Sequence record: OP795442
Strand: one strand, 5' to 3'
Length of the DNA: 64,000 nt
Origin: Escherichia phage A7_1
Part shown: in pieces, positions 29,661 through 39,573 of the stretch
Numbering within the stretch: position 1 is the stretch's first letter
Layout of the letters: each line of letters begins with the position of its first letter
The notes under the pieces: model-generated
Told to the model about the DNA's origin: nothing
Database searches by the model: none
Seen by the model: the letters and a program-made list of their open reading frames with translations, nothing else
Position numbers and translations under genes: made by a program

Positions 29661-32600
29661 GTGTCGTCTAATACTGATATATTGGCACTGGTAAGCACTG
29701 AAGCAGACCTCGCTGTTGATCAGATCATCGAAGACTCTCGAAGACTTCATTTGATCGTCAACGGAACTGCAACAGAACAAGCTGTTACAGAAGATGGTAG
29801 CTTAATTCCTAGTGTACGTAAAGCGATAATTGATAACTTTTATTTTAAAACTCCACCGTTACCGTGGAGAAATGGAAGTTCAGTTATTGAATTCAATCAG
29901 TTGTATGCCTTTACTGATGTAAATGGCAACGTAACTTGGTGGTATGCCCCAGGTGCAACCAGCAGTACCCCTGTCGTTATGCGAGATAGTCCAATCAACG
30001 ACGGGAAGTTTAGACCTTTCTTCGATAAAGGTAACATTCAAGAAACTTACGCCCCTATCCTTTCCCCTGTCTTCCGTGGAAACCCTACCGTACCCCTTGC
30101 TGCTGAAGGCGATAGCTCATTTACTATCGCGAACACCGCTTGGGTTAGCCGAGAAATAGAAAAAGTACGTGGTGAGGTTCTTGAAGAATCCAGAGGTGAA
30201 TTCCAAAACATTATCGTTGCAGATGATGCGAGTCTGAAAGATCTCTATGTAAGTGGAGAAACCATCTTTACTGGTGATAGGATCGCTGCTCTTGATGCCG
30301 AGTTATCTTTAAAAAGATTACGAATGACAGGTACAGGCGCAGAAATCGCATTTGAACAAAATGGTGTTCCACCCCAAGCAGGATTAACAAAAAGAACAAA
30401 TATCAAACCTTTCCAAGTCACCACTGGGGTTGTTGATACAGATAATATAACTGCGAGAGAGATCAAGGTTGGAAATACCTCTGTTTCCACGAATTCCCTC
30501 GATGTTGATGGATTCATGCAAGGTGACTATCTTCACTTACAGGGTAATGCCAACAACGCAGAAGACCGCCCACAACTGATCGTTGACGGTGTTGCGGAAA
30601 TAAATACTCTTCGTGTGACGAACACCATTGAAGGATTGAAGGCTGACGTTGAAGGTCTGGATATTAATCCTAACAGTATTGTGGTTGAAAGAACTGCGGA
30701 GATCAAGGGAAATACAACCCTTGGTGCAGATCTTTCCGTTTCTGGCAATACCGTATTGAAAGATGTACGCATCGATGGTACTCTTACTGGCGCGGGAATC
30801 GGCGTTGATGGTAAAGATATCTCTCCTCGTAACGTGAGTGCAACATCCGTAACAGTTGCAGAGAATTTAAATATCACAGGTCCAACTAATGCTTCCGGCG
30901 ATGTTACAGTAAACAACCTCACTGTTAACGGGACACTTAGAGCAGATATCGATTTTGGAACAAGTGCTGTTGAATTTCAAGATTTAACTGTAACCAATAG
31001 AGCTACGATTAAAGATCTTGAGATCACGGGCAACGTTACAGGTTTTACTCCCTCTGTTGATGGAGAAGCAATATCCCCTTCATCTGTGACAACGACAGGG
31101 AACATTGATGTTGGAAACAATCTACGTGTCCGTGGCGATCTTAGCCTAGATGGTGAATTGAGCCTTCCAAGCTTAGATACTGGAGATATCTCCGCTGCTG
31201 AAATTGACGCTGCAAGTCTTTCGGTTAGTGGTGACATTACCGCAGGGACAACCTCGACTACAACGGTTAATAATCTTGTGGTAACAGGAACCACTACAGG
31301 AATCACTGTAACGGGCAATGTTGATGGACAAGACATTCTCCCATCGTCGGTAGAAACAACGTCTGTAGAAGCTTCTGAGAGCGTTACAACGGCAAACCTG
31401 ACAGCCACTGGAGAAACTCAGGTAAATAACCTGACAATCACGGGAACTGTAACAGGTTTTGAAGTAGACCTCACTGGGCGGGACATTCAGGTTAATACCC
31501 TGACGGTTACTCGTGGATCAACTTTTGACGAGGTTACTGCTAATAACATAACCAACAATCAAAAGATTACTACGGTAGATCTTCAGGTAACTGGAAACCT
31601 GACAAATGCCAATGGTGAGCAATTCTTTGCAAACGTCACTGGTCAAGACATTCTTCCAAATAGTGTGCAGTCTGCAACGTCTGTGAGAACTAAAACGCTA
31701 CGTGTCGAAGAGACTAGCCTCTTGGAAGGTGCTGTTACCTTAAATGATGGTTTGACTATCACCGCTGGTAATATCACATCTGTTCAAGGTCAAGCAAGCT
31801 TCAATGACGTACAGGTATTTGGATCTCTTCTGGACGCGAATGGTAATGCCTTAGGGACAGCGGAAAGCATAAACGGTAAAGATATCTCTCCCCGTAGCGT
31901 AACCGCTCAAGTTGAGATTCAGACTACTGCAATTGTTGCTACAGGTCAAGCTGAAGTTGGTTCTTTGATTTCAACTGGACAAGTAACGGCAGGAAGCTTA
32001 GAGGTTTCAGGGATAGGCAACATTGATCAAGTCATCACCGATGATATCCGTGCTGGTAAAGTGACTTCCGGTAACACTGTTATCACTCGCACTGTCGGGT
32101 CTAATGACCCCGCTCTTGAAGTTCGTGGACCAGGTGAGATTCAGGGCGACCTTAATGTAACCGGAACTGTAACTGGTAACATCGATCTTAGCTCTCAGGA
32201 CGTTAACGTTGCTTCTATGACCTCAACGGGAACAGTAAATGCCCTTTCCATTGAGTCTCGTACATCGGTAACTGGATTATCTGGTACATTCGGTGAAGAT
32301 TATGAAGGTGCACCTACATACGGGATAACTTCTCTTTCCGGCGCAAACATCAACAAGAACCTTCGAGTTGGTGGAAACCTGACTGTTGTTGGTAACATCT
32401 CTGGCAATATCGACTTGTCTGGAAAGGCGATCGAGCCTGCATCTTTGTCTACCACGACAGCTACGTTAACGACGGCGAACATAACAGACCTGACTGTAAC
32501 TGGTCAGTTTAATATCCCGACTGTACCGTTAAATGTTCAATCCCTTAGTTCTGAAAACGCTATTTCCGCAAGCAAGTTCAGCACCACACCAAAAGAAGTA

Positions 32601-32894
32601 AGCACCACCTCTTCTTCTTATATCCCAGACGGCTCAACGAGCATATATAACGTAAACGTTATAAATGATGTTGAAGTGAAAGCGCCGATTGGCCTGTTGA
32701 GTTCAGGAAAAGGTGAGTCAGTATTCCTCTTCTTTGAACAGGATGGTACTGGTGGACATGCGGTAACATTCGGATCGGAGTTTGTTGTGCACGGTACTGA
32801 AACCATCAACACAGATGCAAACACTGTATCGGTAGTTAACATGGTTTATCGTGGCAAAGGCCCATTGATTGACGTATTCATCACTCGTCGCTAA
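29661..32894 (+). CDS. large tail fiber / tailspike protein with internal repeats
   Basis: 1077 aa, GTG start after AGAGGAG; about 8 repeats containing 'G.DI.P.SV', Thr/Asn/Val-rich as in beta-helical fibers; terminator follows. Confidence 0.7.
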   Translation: MSSNTDILALVSTEADLAVDQIIEDSRRLHLIVNGTATEQAVTEDGSLIPSVRKAIIDNFYFKTPPLPWRNGSSVIEFNQLYAFTDVNGNVTWWYAPGATSSTPVVMRDSPINDGKFRPFFDKGNIQETYAPILSPVFRGNPTVPLAAEGDSSFTIANTAWVSREIEKVRGEVLEESRGEFQNIIVADDASLKDLYVSGETIFTGDRIAALDAELSLKRLRMTGTGAEIAFEQNGVPPQAGLTKRTNIKPFQVTTGVVDTDNITAREIKVGNTSVSTNSLDVDGFMQGDYLHLQGNANNAEDRPQLIVDGVAEINTLRVTNTIEGLKADVEGLDINPNSIVVERTAEIKGNTTLGADLSVSGNTVLKDVRIDGTLTGAGIGVDGKDISPRNVSATSVTVAENLNITGPTNASGDVTVNNLTVNGTLRADIDFGTSAVEFQDLTVTNRATIKDLEITGNVTGFTPSVDGEAISPSSVTTTGNIDVGNNLRVRGDLSLDGELSLPSLDTGDISAAEIDAASLSVSGDITAGTTSTTTVNNLVVTGTTTGITVTGNVDGQDILPSSVETTSVEASESVTTANLTATGETQVNNLTITGTVTGFEVDLTGRDIQVNTLTVTRGSTFDEVTANNITNNQKITTVDLQVTGNLTNANGEQFFANVTGQDILPNSVQSATSVRTKTLRVEETSLLEGAVTLNDGLTITAGNITSVQGQASFNDVQVFGSLLDANGNALGTAESINGKDISPRSVTAQVEIQTTAIVATGQAEVGSLISTGQVTAGSLEVSGIGNIDQVITDDIRAGKVTSGNTVITRTVGSNDPALEVRGPGEIQGDLNVTGTVTGNIDLSSQDVNVASMTSTGTVNALSIESRTSVTGLSGTFGEDYEGAPTYGITSLSGANINKNLRVGGNLTVVGNISGNIDLSGKAIEPASLSTTTATLTTANITDLTVTGQFNIPTVPLNVQSLSSENAISASKFSTTPKEVSTTSSSYIPDGSTSIYNVNVINDVEVKAPIGLLSSGKGESVFLFFEQDGTGGHAVTFGSEFVVHGTETINTDANTVSVVNMVYRGKGPLIDVFITRR

Positions 32895-32896
32895 TA

Positions 32897-32923
32897 GAGG
32901 CCCTTCGGGGCCTTTTCTTTTTA
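32897..32923 (+). terminator. rho-independent terminator
   Basis: AGGCCC-TTCG-GGGCCT followed by TTTCTTTTT. Confidence 0.7.
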
Positions 32924-32933
32924 GGAGGACAAC

Positions 32934-34169
32934 ATGATCCCTTTTCCAATTATTAATTTCGGTGGCGGTGTTCCACTACCTGTAGGCGTTACAATCAAGT
33001 ATGCAGTAAGTACCAGCACCGGAAATATTTTTATTCTGCTTACCAATGGGCATCTATATGTAACCGGATCTAATTATCTAAACGGGCTTGGTAAAACAGG
33101 GACCACAAATAATGCAACTTCGGGATGGTCACTTACTAACACAGGTGTTGAAGAAGTTTATGAGGTAGGAACAGAAAGTACACTGTACGGCGGTGTGTGG
33201 GTTAAGAAAAATAATAACCACTATGAATATATCTCTGCTGTAGTCTTTCCCGCTGTTGACACAACTCTCCAAAACAGTTGGAACGTCTTGCCTGAATCCG
33301 CATACATCGTTGGTGGTGTAAATATCTTATCTTCAGCAATACAAATAGCCAGATCATACGCGATCCAACCCGACGGCACTGTTTACAGACTGCTTCCAGA
33401 GGGGCCGCAAGTAGCTTGGCCTGAAAAAACAAAATACCTGTATTTTGCAAACTATAATGCTATTCGTGTCGAGGTGGATGGGACTTTAAAATACCGAGGC
33501 GACAATGGTGTAGATCAAGTGGCAGGCACTTCTGCCGGAACAACATTATCAACTTGGACAACCATCGGGGATTCTTCTGTAAGGTATATTAGGGCAAAAT
33601 GTGCTCGTGGTCAAGTGGCTAACACGAGTGGCGGTTCAGGTGCTCAATCTATTGTACTTGTTGTTGCACAGAGGGAAGATGGGTCATGGGATGCAGTTGG
33701 ATCGGCAGCAAGAGCAGGGATAAACTCAACCAACGTCCTCGGTCCTAATTTAGCACCTATGACAAGCATACCTGCGGGGGTTGAAGTTTATGTCACCAAC
33801 CAGATCAGCTATACAAACGCAAGTGTGAGCACAAGGGCAGCACTGCAAGTATTCATCTCTGACAGGGTTAATGGCATCTATCAATCAACGGGTGGACAAG
33901 GGGGATACACCTATTCTTTATTTAGGAATCTTCCTATAACCACCAACGCAACATCTTTCGAGAACATATCCGAAGATATTATAAACGATGGCGGTATCCT
34001 CAACATGACAGGTTCATTATCCGACACTTTCAAAGTGATTGTTAGTGGTAATGGTAATCTTTACTGGACAGGGAGAGGTTACACAGGGGCTATGTACCCT
34101 GCTGACTTTACGGCCTCTAATACGATAGCTCAGAAGTTTAACTTGGAAGGTATAGTTATTCCAGCATAA
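32934..34169 (+). CDS. hypothetical tail fiber-associated protein (last late gene)
   Basis: 411 aa, AGGAGG RBS, Gly/Thr/Asn-rich; last plus-strand gene before the convergent terminator. Confidence 0.55.
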   Translation: MIPFPIINFGGGVPLPVGVTIKYAVSTSTGNIFILLTNGHLYVTGSNYLNGLGKTGTTNNATSGWSLTNTGVEEVYEVGTESTLYGGVWVKKNNNHYEYISAVVFPAVDTTLQNSWNVLPESAYIVGGVNILSSAIQIARSYAIQPDGTVYRLLPEGPQVAWPEKTKYLYFANYNAIRVEVDGTLKYRGDNGVDQVAGTSAGTTLSTWTTIGDSSVRYIRAKCARGQVANTSGGSGAQSIVLVVAQREDGSWDAVGSAARAGINSTNVLGPNLAPMTSIPAGVEVYVTNQISYTNASVSTRAALQVFISDRVNGIYQSTGGQGGYTYSLFRNLPITTNATSFENISEDIINDGGILNMTGSLSDTFKVIVSGNGNLYWTGRGYTGAMYPADFTASNTIAQKFNLEGIVIPA

Positions 34170-34170
34170 A

Positions 34171-34206
34171 GAAAAGGCGCTCAAATGAGCGCCTTTATTT
34201 TTATCT
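34171..34206. terminator. bidirectional terminator between convergent modules
   Basis: AAAGGCGCTC-AAAT-GAGCGCCTTT hairpin flanked by an A-tract upstream and ATTTTTAT downstream; sits between plus-strand stop 34169 and minus-strand stop 34218. Confidence 0.75.
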
Positions 34207-34217
34207 AAATTTTACGA

Positions 34218-35393
34218 TCAAAACGGAATATCGTCGTCAAAATCCATATCATCTACAGACATATTTACATGTCCTTCAATATCAGGGGTAGGTGAATCTT
34301 CTGCTGACGGAGTTAACTGCGGTTCCGGCTCAGGTTTCTTTTCCTCTTGCTTAGGAGTTGAAGCACCGTTACGGATCTTATCTTCCAATTGACAGATGAA
34401 TCGGAAATTCTCTTCAGTCTTAGCAATAAAGGTTTCGATATTGTCACGACCCCAACGGGCAGAAAGAATGCCACACTGGCCTAAACGAGCACCGAAAGAG
34501 TAATCATCCATAGATTTAAACTCTTCACGCAGTTTTGCTTTGATCGAATCCATCGCTGCAAGAACTTGTTCTACGATCACACCCTGATTTGCAATAGTTT
34601 CATCAGGGAACATTGCATCGGTAATAGACAGTGCATTACCTAAACGAATAGGTAGATCATCTTTACCTTTACCTGAACGTGATCCTGTTCCAGTACTTGC
34701 ACCTTTTGGACCGTAAGCTTTAAAGCCTGTAACCGTACCATCATCTGAACGAACACCTGCAATACGACCACCTTCTGTAATCTGACCCGCCTGTTCATCA
34801 GTGAGGTTTACAGTAACTTCTGTGCCGTCTTCCAGCTTAACAACTACCTTATTGCCTTCAATAGATGTGATATCACCATAAATCTTCTTAGCTGCACCAC
34901 CAGACGGCTTTTGCTGCTGTTGGGAACCACTTGATTGCTGCTGTTTCTGACGAGGCTCACGAGCACCGGATGCGTCAGTAATTTTGATACGTGCTTTCTT
35001 ACCTTCTGTAGAAGAACCTTGACTACCATCTTCTTTGGTATAGGTCTTGATAACAACAGGTAAACGAATTTTCATACCCTCTTTAAGATCAGTGTAACCA
35101 CCTTCAGGATTTTTAATCTGGAACTGATTCTCATACTTCAGGTTTTTAACTTCACCCTCACCAAAAGAAATCCATGCTTGATCTTCACCTTCTTTAAGAA
35201 GAACCGCATAGCGGTGGGTATTGTTAATGCTTTTCTGCTGACCAGTATTCTTGTCTTTGAAGGTAGTCACTCGTGGGCTACCATCTTCATTAATACGTTT
35301 GATCATGATACGTTCAATCGTACCTGCTGCAATGTTTACTGTGGTATCGGAAACAGCATCGTATACAGCATTGATAACTTTAACTTCAGACAT
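34218..35393 (-). CDS. single-stranded DNA-binding protein (SSB-like, acidic C-terminal tail)
   Basis: 391 aa; Gly/Ser/Gln-rich linker; C-terminus ...DDMDFDDDIPF matches the bacterial SSB tail motif (DDDIPF). Confidence 0.6.
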   Translation of the reverse strand: MSEVKVINAVYDAVSDTTVNIAAGTIERIMIKRINEDGSPRVTTFKDKNTGQQKSINNTHRYAVLLKEGEDQAWISFGEGEVKNLKYENQFQIKNPEGGYTDLKEGMKIRLPVVIKTYTKEDGSQGSSTEGKKARIKITDASGAREPRQKQQQSSGSQQQQKPSGGAAKKIYGDITSIEGNKVVVKLEDGTEVTVNLTDEQAGQITEGGRIAGVRSDDGTVTGFKAYGPKGASTGTGSRSGKGKDDLPIRLGNALSITDAMFPDETIANQGVIVEQVLAAMDSIKAKLREEFKSMDDYSFGARLGQCGILSARWGRDNIETFIAKTEENFRFICQLEDKIRNGASTPKQEEKKPEPEPQLTPSAEDSPTPDIEGHVNMSVDDMDFDDDIPF

Positions 35394-35476
35394 TTAAATC
35401 TCCTTTAACTATTGAACACACCACTTAAGGCCGAGAAACTATATTACAACTAACTTATTTGAATTGCAAATAACTT

Positions 35477-35857
35477 TTAGAGATAAACTCGCTTAACTTT
35501 TTCATGAACATTATCAAACAAAGTGTTGATCATCTGCAAGTCTTTAATAAGTTCTTCCGTAAATTGTTCTTCTTTGTGAGCAAACACACGAGAACGGTCA
35601 ATGTTTACGGGATCTGCACTTTGGTCACCAGACAGGTCGAAAATGTCGATACCAATACGAGCACGACCTTTTTCAATCTTATTCTCATCATCAATACCAT
35701 AAACACTCATGATTTGCATTTCACGATCTTCTTCACTGTTTGTGTAAATGATCGTCGTATTCAAATTCTTAACACCATCGTAAATGTGAATGTTACGTGT
35801 CGCAGAGATAGGAATCCAATCAGCAACCAAATAATCTTTACCGTCGAAAATACTCAT
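35477..35857 (-). CDS. hypothetical protein
   Basis: 126 aa ORF in the minus-strand operon; no motif recognised. Confidence 0.5.
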   Translation of the reverse strand: MSIFDGKDYLVADWIPISATRNIHIYDGVKNLNTTIIYTNSEEDREMQIMSVYGIDDENKIEKGRARIGIDIFDLSGDQSADPVNIDRSRVFAHKEEQFTEELIKDLQMINTLFDNVHEKVKRVYL

Positions 35858-35911
35858 CTTCTTTCCTCTTTTGTTTAAGTGGGGCCATTATGCCCCACAC
35901 TTAACTTTCTG

Positions 35912-36499
35912 TCAAGGACGTTTCGGTGGACTAACGACACCTTTTTTAGATAAAGGTAATTCGTCTGCATCTTTTCCACGAAGAGATTCTAGCCACTCAT
36001 CTAAAGACAGGGGTACTTTACCATCACCTTTGGACCATACAGATAAGCAATACAGATCGTATGCAGATGGACCTCGATCACCTTTGTCACCATTCAACCC
36101 TTTTAAACTATCCAGCCAATCCTTCTCATTTAGTGGGATAGCGCCAGGATCTTCTTTACGAAGAACTCTCAGGTATGTTTCATAAGCAGACTCTCCACGG
36201 GGACCAATTGGACCAGGTAAACCTTGCGGTCCCTTTGCATACTCAAGACACTTAGAATCTAAATATGCAGACTTTGAACCATCATTAACCACTGAAACTT
36301 TATACAATGACCAAGCCAACAGAACTATCCAACAAGCAAACAATGCAAGCGGGTAAGGGATCATTGAAGTAAAGAATGACAGGGCTAAAATTACAACCTT
36401 GTTCTTGTGATCACGACGGAAAGCGATGATCACAGGGGCTAACCAGATAGCAAAGATAACCCACGCAGATAAGATAAACAACCAACTAATGTATTCCAT
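35912..36499 (-). CDS. membrane protein with collagen / fiber-like SAY...WL-SLKG modules
   Basis: 195 aa; two N-terminal hydrophobic helices; two copies of G(P/E)SAY...WL(D/E)SL(K/R)G plus short Gly-X-Y stretches, the same module as in the 7003-10803 fiber protein. Confidence 0.6.
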   Translation of the reverse strand: MEYISWLFILSAWVIFAIWLAPVIIAFRRDHKNKVVILALSFFTSMIPYPLALFACWIVLLAWSLYKVSVVNDGSKSAYLDSKCLEYAKGPQGLPGPIGPRGESAYETYLRVLRKEDPGAIPLNEKDWLDSLKGLNGDKGDRGPSAYDLYCLSVWSKGDGKVPLSLDEWLESLRGKDADELPLSKKGVVSPPKRP

Positions 36500-36687
36500 T
36501 AAGCCTCCTCAGTATCGTCTTTAAAGTAATCTAACATCCAACTCTCTACAGGTTTCGCATAGTAACCTGTTCGCCCTTTCTTTTGGAACTCCATAACAAT
36601 TTCATTTGCAATACTTTTTGTGATTGCGATCCCGATTAGTGCTCCACCAGGACCCATTACTGCGTGTGAACTAAAAACATTACTCAT
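36499..36687 (-). CDS. hypothetical small protein
   Basis: 62 aa; stop overlaps the start of the downstream gene. Confidence 0.4.
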   Translation of the reverse strand: MSNVFSSHAVMGPGGALIGIAITKSIANEIVMEFQKKGRTGYYAKPVESWMLDYFKDDTEEA

Positions 36688-36751
36688 ATTTAACCCCCTT
36701 TATTCTCTCCGCAACCGACAAGAAGAAGTATACATAAAATGATTAACCTCT

Positions 36752-36904
36752 TCAATAGCTACCTCCAAAATATTTTGTAGCCTCTACTGCAAATATTGTC
36801 CCAAGTATGAACCATGTCGCACTTAGCACGTTGAAAGGTAAAAACCTCGATCCTGCAAGAGAAACCATAATAAAAAATGTTACAAAAATCTCTGGAGAAA
36901 TCAT
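36752..36904 (-). CDS. small membrane protein (50 aa, not in ORF track)
   Basis: ATG overlaps the upstream stop (ATGA); translation MISPEIFVTFFIMVSLAGSRFLPFNVLSATWFILGTIFAVEATKYFGGSY is strongly hydrophobic. Confidence 0.3.
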   Translation of the reverse strand: MISPEIFVTFFIMVSLAGSRFLPFNVLSATWFILGTIFAVEATKYFGGSY

Positions 36905-37305
36905 CATTGTTTGATAGCCCCTTTGGCAATCATCTCGTCAAGTTCATCTTCCGCACGACACATGATTTGGTAGATAGTTTCTGGATTGTTTAAGAATTCT
37001 GTGTACTTCTTGATACGACAAACTAAACGTGCACGAACTTTACGCTCACGGGCCACATGATTAAAGTAATGTCCCTTTTGTCTGTAGACCCAAGCATAAT
37101 ATACAGTTTTTGCTCTCTGGCGATCAGAACCTAAACGTTCAGCTAATTCCGTGTACGGGTCATTGTTGGTTGGACCAAACAAAAATATTTCTGCAAAACT
37201 TTCCTTCATGATACGAGCTTCTTCATCCGTAACTCGCGGACATTCTTCAGAACCGTAACGTGGGGTTTTAGTGGCATTTGGCTTCTTAGGGTATACTTTA
37301 CGCAT
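36904..37305 (-). CDS. hypothetical basic protein
   Basis: 133 aa with GAGGAG RBS; Arg/Lys-rich, possible nucleic-acid binding. Confidence 0.5.
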   Translation of the reverse strand: MRKVYPKKPNATKTPRYGSEECPRVTDEEARIMKESFAEIFLFGPTNNDPYTELAERLGSDRQRAKTVYYAWVYRQKGHYFNHVARERKVRARLVCRIKKYTEFLNNPETIYQIMCRAEDELDEMIAKGAIKQ

Positions 37306-37372
37306 TTCATCACTCCTCTAATTAAAACTCTTACTCCCGATGTGAGGAGCCTTTCGGCCCCTCCCTTAAATA

Positions 37373-37981
37373 TCAATCACAACTGCTTGAAGAACTGCTA
37401 CTGCTACTATCCGAAGAATAACTATCGTAAGATGATGAGCTATCATACGAACTTGATCGACTTGAAGAACAGTAAGAACTTGAACTACTTGTACGATCTT
37501 CACTGGATGACATTACGGCAGCATACGTTGCCACACCACCTAAAGCTGCCACCTGAGGATCAACCTGGCTAGTTCCATATCCGTTTGGAGAGTCGCTCAT
37601 TTTACGTGGCGCTGCCCGACGTGCCTGATCAATATATTGTCGCTTTGCCTTCGGTGGTAATTTCTTACCTTGAGCATAAGACGGCAGTTCAACACCCTTC
37701 AGTTGTTCATCCAAAGGTTTCGGCGGCGTAGCCTGTGATTTTGGTCGTTCAACAGAGATATCAACAACCTTCATCGTCTTATCTTTGATGTTTAACCCAA
37801 CCAATACCTCATTTTCTTTTAATGGTTCTTCCAGATCGCGTGTTTCAACTGGACCGAATTTAACGCTTTCAGTTTCCTGACGCTGTTCGGCCTGCTTTGC
37901 AATATACTTGTCGATCGCCGCAGTTTCTACTTCCAGCGGAATAAACAGTGATTTTACCCAAGCAACAAACTTCTTGATCAT
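37373..37981 (-). CDS. hypothetical protein with Ser-rich C-terminal tail
   Basis: 202 aa; last about 50 residues are almost entirely Ser with Tyr/Asp/Cys (...SSSSSYCSSSRSSSYDSSSSYDSYSSDSSSSSSSSSCD). Confidence 0.5.
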   Translation of the reverse strand: MIKKFVAWVKSLFIPLEVETAAIDKYIAKQAEQRQETESVKFGPVETRDLEEPLKENEVLVGLNIKDKTMKVVDISVERPKSQATPPKPLDEQLKGVELPSYAQGKKLPPKAKRQYIDQARRAAPRKMSDSPNGYGTSQVDPQVAALGGVATYAAVMSSSEDRTSSSSSYCSSSRSSSYDSSSSYDSYSSDSSSSSSSSSCD

Positions 37982-38202
37982 ACTCTTTCTCCTTTTTCAT
38001 CAATAACAATCAGTGGCTCAATAACTAAAAGACGTTGCTTCATAAGACTTTTTATAGTCTCATCAATGTCAGACAGAAGAATATCTTTTTGACCTTCTAT
38101 CCAATTGAGTGCTGCCTTTTCTGAAACAAATGCAATACCTTCTTGACCAATATCCCATTCACAGAATACTTTATACACCATCATCTTCTCCCTTGTCAAC
38201 AT
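37978..38202 (-). CDS. hypothetical small protein
   Basis: 74 aa; start uncertain (internal Met residues at 7/8 would reduce overlap with the upstream gene). Confidence 0.4.
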   Translation of the reverse strand: MLTREKMMVYKVFCEWDIGQEGIAFVSEKAALNWIEGQKDILLSDIDETIKSLMKQRLLVIEPLIVIDEKGERV

Positions 38203-38488
38203 TATTCGGGTTAAGTTTCTTTTCTGCGGCCTTCAAAATAATATCCAGCTTTTCAATTTCCTTATGTAAAGGCTCAGATAATAACTTCTCACCAAAAAGC
38301 CAGAATTTCTTCATGCCTTTCTTAACGCACTTTCCCATAAAGCCCGCGAGGTCTTCTAGTCGCCAAGCAATAAAACTAAATATTGCAGCTAAAAGGTGAA
38401 TCAAGGCCAGCAGTAAACGATGCGGGTTTAGTACAGCAAGGCACAGGATCATAAAGATTATTTTAGTAAAACCCCAAATAATTTTCAT
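38171..38488 (-). CDS. small membrane protein
   Basis: 105 aa with two hydrophobic helices. Confidence 0.45.
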   Translation of the reverse strand: MKIIWGFTKIIFMILCLAVLNPHRLLLALIHLLAAIFSFIAWRLEDLAGFMGKCVKKGMKKFWLFGEKLLSEPLHKEIEKLDIILKAAEKKLNPNNVDKGEDDGV

Positions 38489-38871
38489 TCGTAATTGATC
38501 TCCACTTTAACAATTTTACCAGTTTTATCATTGAATACTTCAATATCGTAGTATTCAATAACACCTTCATCATCAAAAGAACTTTTTTGTTTGCAAGGTG
38601 ATACCCAAAAACCGTGGATTACTGCCTCCTCCAGTCCGTCGGTATGTGATACAACACTCAATGTCGGGTAAGGAACCATAATAGGTTTTACCTCACCACA
38701 ACCACACGTACAGCAAAATACTTCATCTTCTTCCAGTTGGTACAGTCGCTTTTCTGGAACAAAAGTCAGATGCGCCAAAGGATATTTAGAAACGATGGCA
38801 TTAATATAAGGCTTTCCTGCCAAGCTGTCAATAAAATCATTAAATTCTTTTCTATTTTTTGATAATCTCAT
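38485..38871 (-). CDS. hypothetical Cys-cluster protein
   Basis: 128 aa containing CCTCGCG and a later Cys/His, possible metal-binding; ATGA overlaps on both sides. Confidence 0.5.
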   Translation of the reverse strand: MRLSKNRKEFNDFIDSLAGKPYINAIVSKYPLAHLTFVPEKRLYQLEEDEVFCCTCGCGEVKPIMVPYPTLSVVSHTDGLEEAVIHGFWVSPCKQKSSFDDEGVIEYYDIEVFNDKTGKIVKVEINYE

Positions 38872-39104
38872 CGAGTACCTCCAAAAATATTTAAAGCTTT
38901 AGAATAATCAATGTGACCTGGAACAGTGTGGGCCTCTTGTACAAGGCATTGCCGACAAATACGTGACACAACTGTTGTCTTGATCTCTTCTGTATCGTAG
39001 AAGCGAGACATTACCTTTGTAACTTGATTACATTGAGTAATAACAAAATCGTGTTTACAACTTGGTTTGTTTTCTTCAGTTTCTTTCTTTTTAAAAGGCC
39101 ACAT
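38868..39104 (-). CDS. hypothetical zinc-ribbon-like protein
   Basis: 78 aa with two Cys pairs (C..H...C and CRQC). Confidence 0.45.
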   Translation of the reverse strand: MWPFKKKETEENKPSCKHDFVITQCNQVTKVMSRFYDTEEIKTTVVSRICRQCLVQEAHTVPGHIDYSKALNIFGGTR

Positions 39105-39112
39105 GGTGACTC

Positions 39113-39295
39113 CTATTCTTCAACTATTTCGTATTCATCTTTCAAGAGCATAAATTGATAGCCCTTGCCCTTATTCGCAATAATAGTACCAGACGCGCTT
39201 TCTTTTGTCACGAAAAGAATTGAATCTTTTTGGACACCGTAATACTTAAGTTGCTCAAGCAGTTTGGTCTTTGATTCTAAGATTTTGACTTTCAT
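39113..39295 (-). CDS. hypothetical small protein
   Basis: 60 aa ORF in the coupled operon. Confidence 0.35.
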   Translation of the reverse strand: MKVKILESKTKLLEQLKYYGVQKDSILFVTKESASGTIIANKGKGYQFMLLKDEYEIVEE

Positions 39296-39552
39296 CAGAT
39301 ATCAATTACTACGATTTCAAGCATTGAATTTTCAACAGCTTCCTTAAGCTCATCGTATACAATAATAGACCAATCATTGTTAAGATTACCTTTGATCAGT
39401 TTGGCTATCTGTTCTAACGAGGTCACAAAAGGTGTGTCACTCTCGTTATTGGAAAGACTTAACTTTGTATGGATAAAGCCATCATCGTCGGCAGTCTGCC
39501 AAAATGAAACAAATTCACCACTGACTTTATGTTTTGCTGAGTAAAATTTCAT
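39295..39552 (-). CDS. hypothetical protein
   Basis: 85 aa; stop adjacent to the next start. Confidence 0.45.
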   Translation of the reverse strand: MKFYSAKHKVSGEFVSFWQTADDDGFIHTKLSLSNNESDTPFVTSLEQIAKLIKGNLNNDWSIIVYDELKEAVENSMLEIVVIDI

Positions 39553-39573
39553 TTAATTATCCTCTCTGCCAGT

